The notes below the pieces were generated by a model, which searched no databases, was not told where the DNA came from, and was given only the letters and a program-made list of their open reading frames with translations. 64,000 nucleotides of DNA from an uncultured Gammaproteobacteria bacterium. Its GTDB lineage: Bacteria > Patescibacteriota > Microgenomatia > Levybacterales > GWA1-39-11. The position numbers and the translations under genes are program-made. The DNA lies in assembly GCA_964409875.1 (NCBI GenBank), contig CAYPEN010000002.1, forward strand, positions 65,067 through 129,066. The letters run 5' to 3'. The first letter of the stretch is position 1; the number at the start of each line of letters is the position of its first letter. Of the stretch, positions 59,575-64,000 are shown piece by piece.

Positions 59575-59603
59575 AGTAGTTACATTATAATTGTTTTCAC
59601 CAC

Positions 59604-59631
59604 AAAAAAACCTAGCGATTAAGCTAGGTTT
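59604..59631 (-). terminator. Intrinsic terminator of the rRNA transcript
   Basis: Minus strand AAACCTAGC-TTAATC-GCTAGG followed by T7. Confidence 0.8.
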
Positions 59632-59674
59632 CCTTGTCGAATACAATAGTTTTTGATCTCTTTTTGCCCGAGAG

Positions 59675-59790
59675 TCCCCCGGCCTTGACCTATTTTCCCC
59701 AAATTATGAGTATCGTAGGCGCTGGCGCGTTTCACTTCTCTGTTCGGAAAGGGAAGAGGTGGTTCCACACCGCTCCAAAGACCGAAAGGC
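59675..59790 (-). rRNA. rrf: 5S rRNA (ends approximate)
   Basis: Minus strand ACCACCTCTTCCCTTTCCGAACAGAGAAGTGAAAC, with complementary ends, downstream of 23S. Confidence 0.9.
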
Positions 59791-59862
59791 TTTCGGGCAA
59801 AAAAACTTGGGATACAAGACCTAGTAAAAACTAGGCACTCACATGATTTAAAAGAACCTGTA

Positions 59863-63125
<3,263 letters not shown>

Positions 63126-63266
63126 ACAGATTCTTGAAAATCATGTGCGGTGTTCTCTTAACTTTAAAATTAAAATTGCTGTGTATCCGCCCTTAGGCGG
63201 AATACGGCCTAGTTATTTACTGACTTTAACGTCGCTGATGTGACGCTAAAGTGCTTGTATCCCAAT

Positions 63267-63278
63267 TGTTAAAGAACA
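63267..63278 (-). promoter_or_regulatory. boxA antitermination-like element upstream of 23S
   Basis: Minus strand TGTTCTTTAACA compared with the consensus TGCTCTTTAACA. Confidence 0.65.
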
Positions 63279-63473
63279 TATTTCTACTGTATTCGAGGAA
63301 GGCCAGCTGTAGCGCTGCGCCTTTCTCCAACACAGTAGGTTGTCGAATTCAGTGGGTCAGCTAAGCTGACCATCACCCAGCTAAGCTGGGTGGACCCTAG
63401 GAGATTCGTTACGAAGTGTCTGACTCTGACCTCTCCGTCGATTTTCCTTGAGCCACTCTCAAAGAGCGAACTG

Positions 63474-63546
63474 TGGACCCTAGGAGATTCGAACTCCTGA
63501 CCTCATCATTGCAAATGATGCGCTCTACCAGCTAAGCTAAGGGCCC
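63474..63546 (-). tRNA. tRNA-Ala(UGC), CCA not encoded
   Basis: GGGCCCTTAGCTTAGCTGGTAGAGCGCATCATTTGCAATGATGAGGTCAGGAGTTCGAATCTCCTAGGGTCCA folds as a cloverleaf with a G3:U70 pair. Confidence 0.95.
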
Positions 63547-63928
63547 AAAATTTTCAATTTTGGGCACTCAACGTTCTGAAGCTGAAAGCTTCATGGTTGT
63601 TAAGGGCCCGAACCATAAAGGTCTAAATATTTAATGTGCTTGTTAAGAACTTTCTTGAACTTTGTTCAAGACTTCGCCCCGAAGGGAAGTTCTTTAACAG
63701 CTTCAATTCATCCGTCTTTTCAAGAAAAGAACGGTATTCTTGAAGCTTTATATAAACCCGTTGAGAAAAATCGATCCGCGAGGAAGTCAAGAAGACACTA
63801 TGTTAGCCAAAAATATTTGGCGTTAAGCGTAAACTTTTAAAAACTTTATCATGCGATATTCGATTTAGATTATCCATTTCAATTTGTTTATACAAACCAG
63901 GGATGGATACACCTCAAAAGGTGAAACT

Positions 63929-63957
63929 ATTCTACTAATTTAGGACTGCTATGTCAA
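63929..63957 (-). promoter_or_regulatory. Sigma70 promoter facing tRNA-Ala/23S/5S
   Basis: Minus strand TTGACA-17 nt-TAGAAT. Confidence 0.7.
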
Positions 63958-64000
63958 GGGATAAAAGTAATTAAAAAACTATCAAATGAAACCCTCAGAA

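Overview
This is a low-GC bacterial chromosome segment. Its gene style suggests a Patescibacteria/CPR organism, probably Microgenomates-like (inference, not a database result): near-leaderless starts, many TM-anchored and GT-C proteins, and an intron-bearing 23S rRNA with no 16S in the window. It carries housekeeping genes (rho, pyk, radA, rpsA, eno, gpmA, pth, guaB), large secreted or surface proteins, a GC-rich two-gene island and a long envelope-glycan region. At the right end is a tRNA-Ala/23S/5S unit whose 23S has a group I intron at E. coli position 2500. The best candidate for an undescribed system is a hybrid RiPP-like locus at about 45.2-53.0 kb. It has a 65-aa Cys/Ser/Thr-rich precursor with a lasso-type YxxP leader, a stand-alone YcaO, a SagB-type dehydrogenase, a PqqD/RRE, an HprK-like P-loop kinase and an S26 peptidase-nucleotidyltransferase fusion. 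These sit among Thr-type sulfatase-like enzymes and close to a sulfate-activation module. Other notable signals are a plant-like RGP/UDP-arabinopyranose mutase, inverted heptamer arrays around a four-helix-bundle gene, in-frame palindromic micro-insertions in radA and guaB, and a duplicated pyk start. All calls come from reading the sequence by eye; no searches were run.
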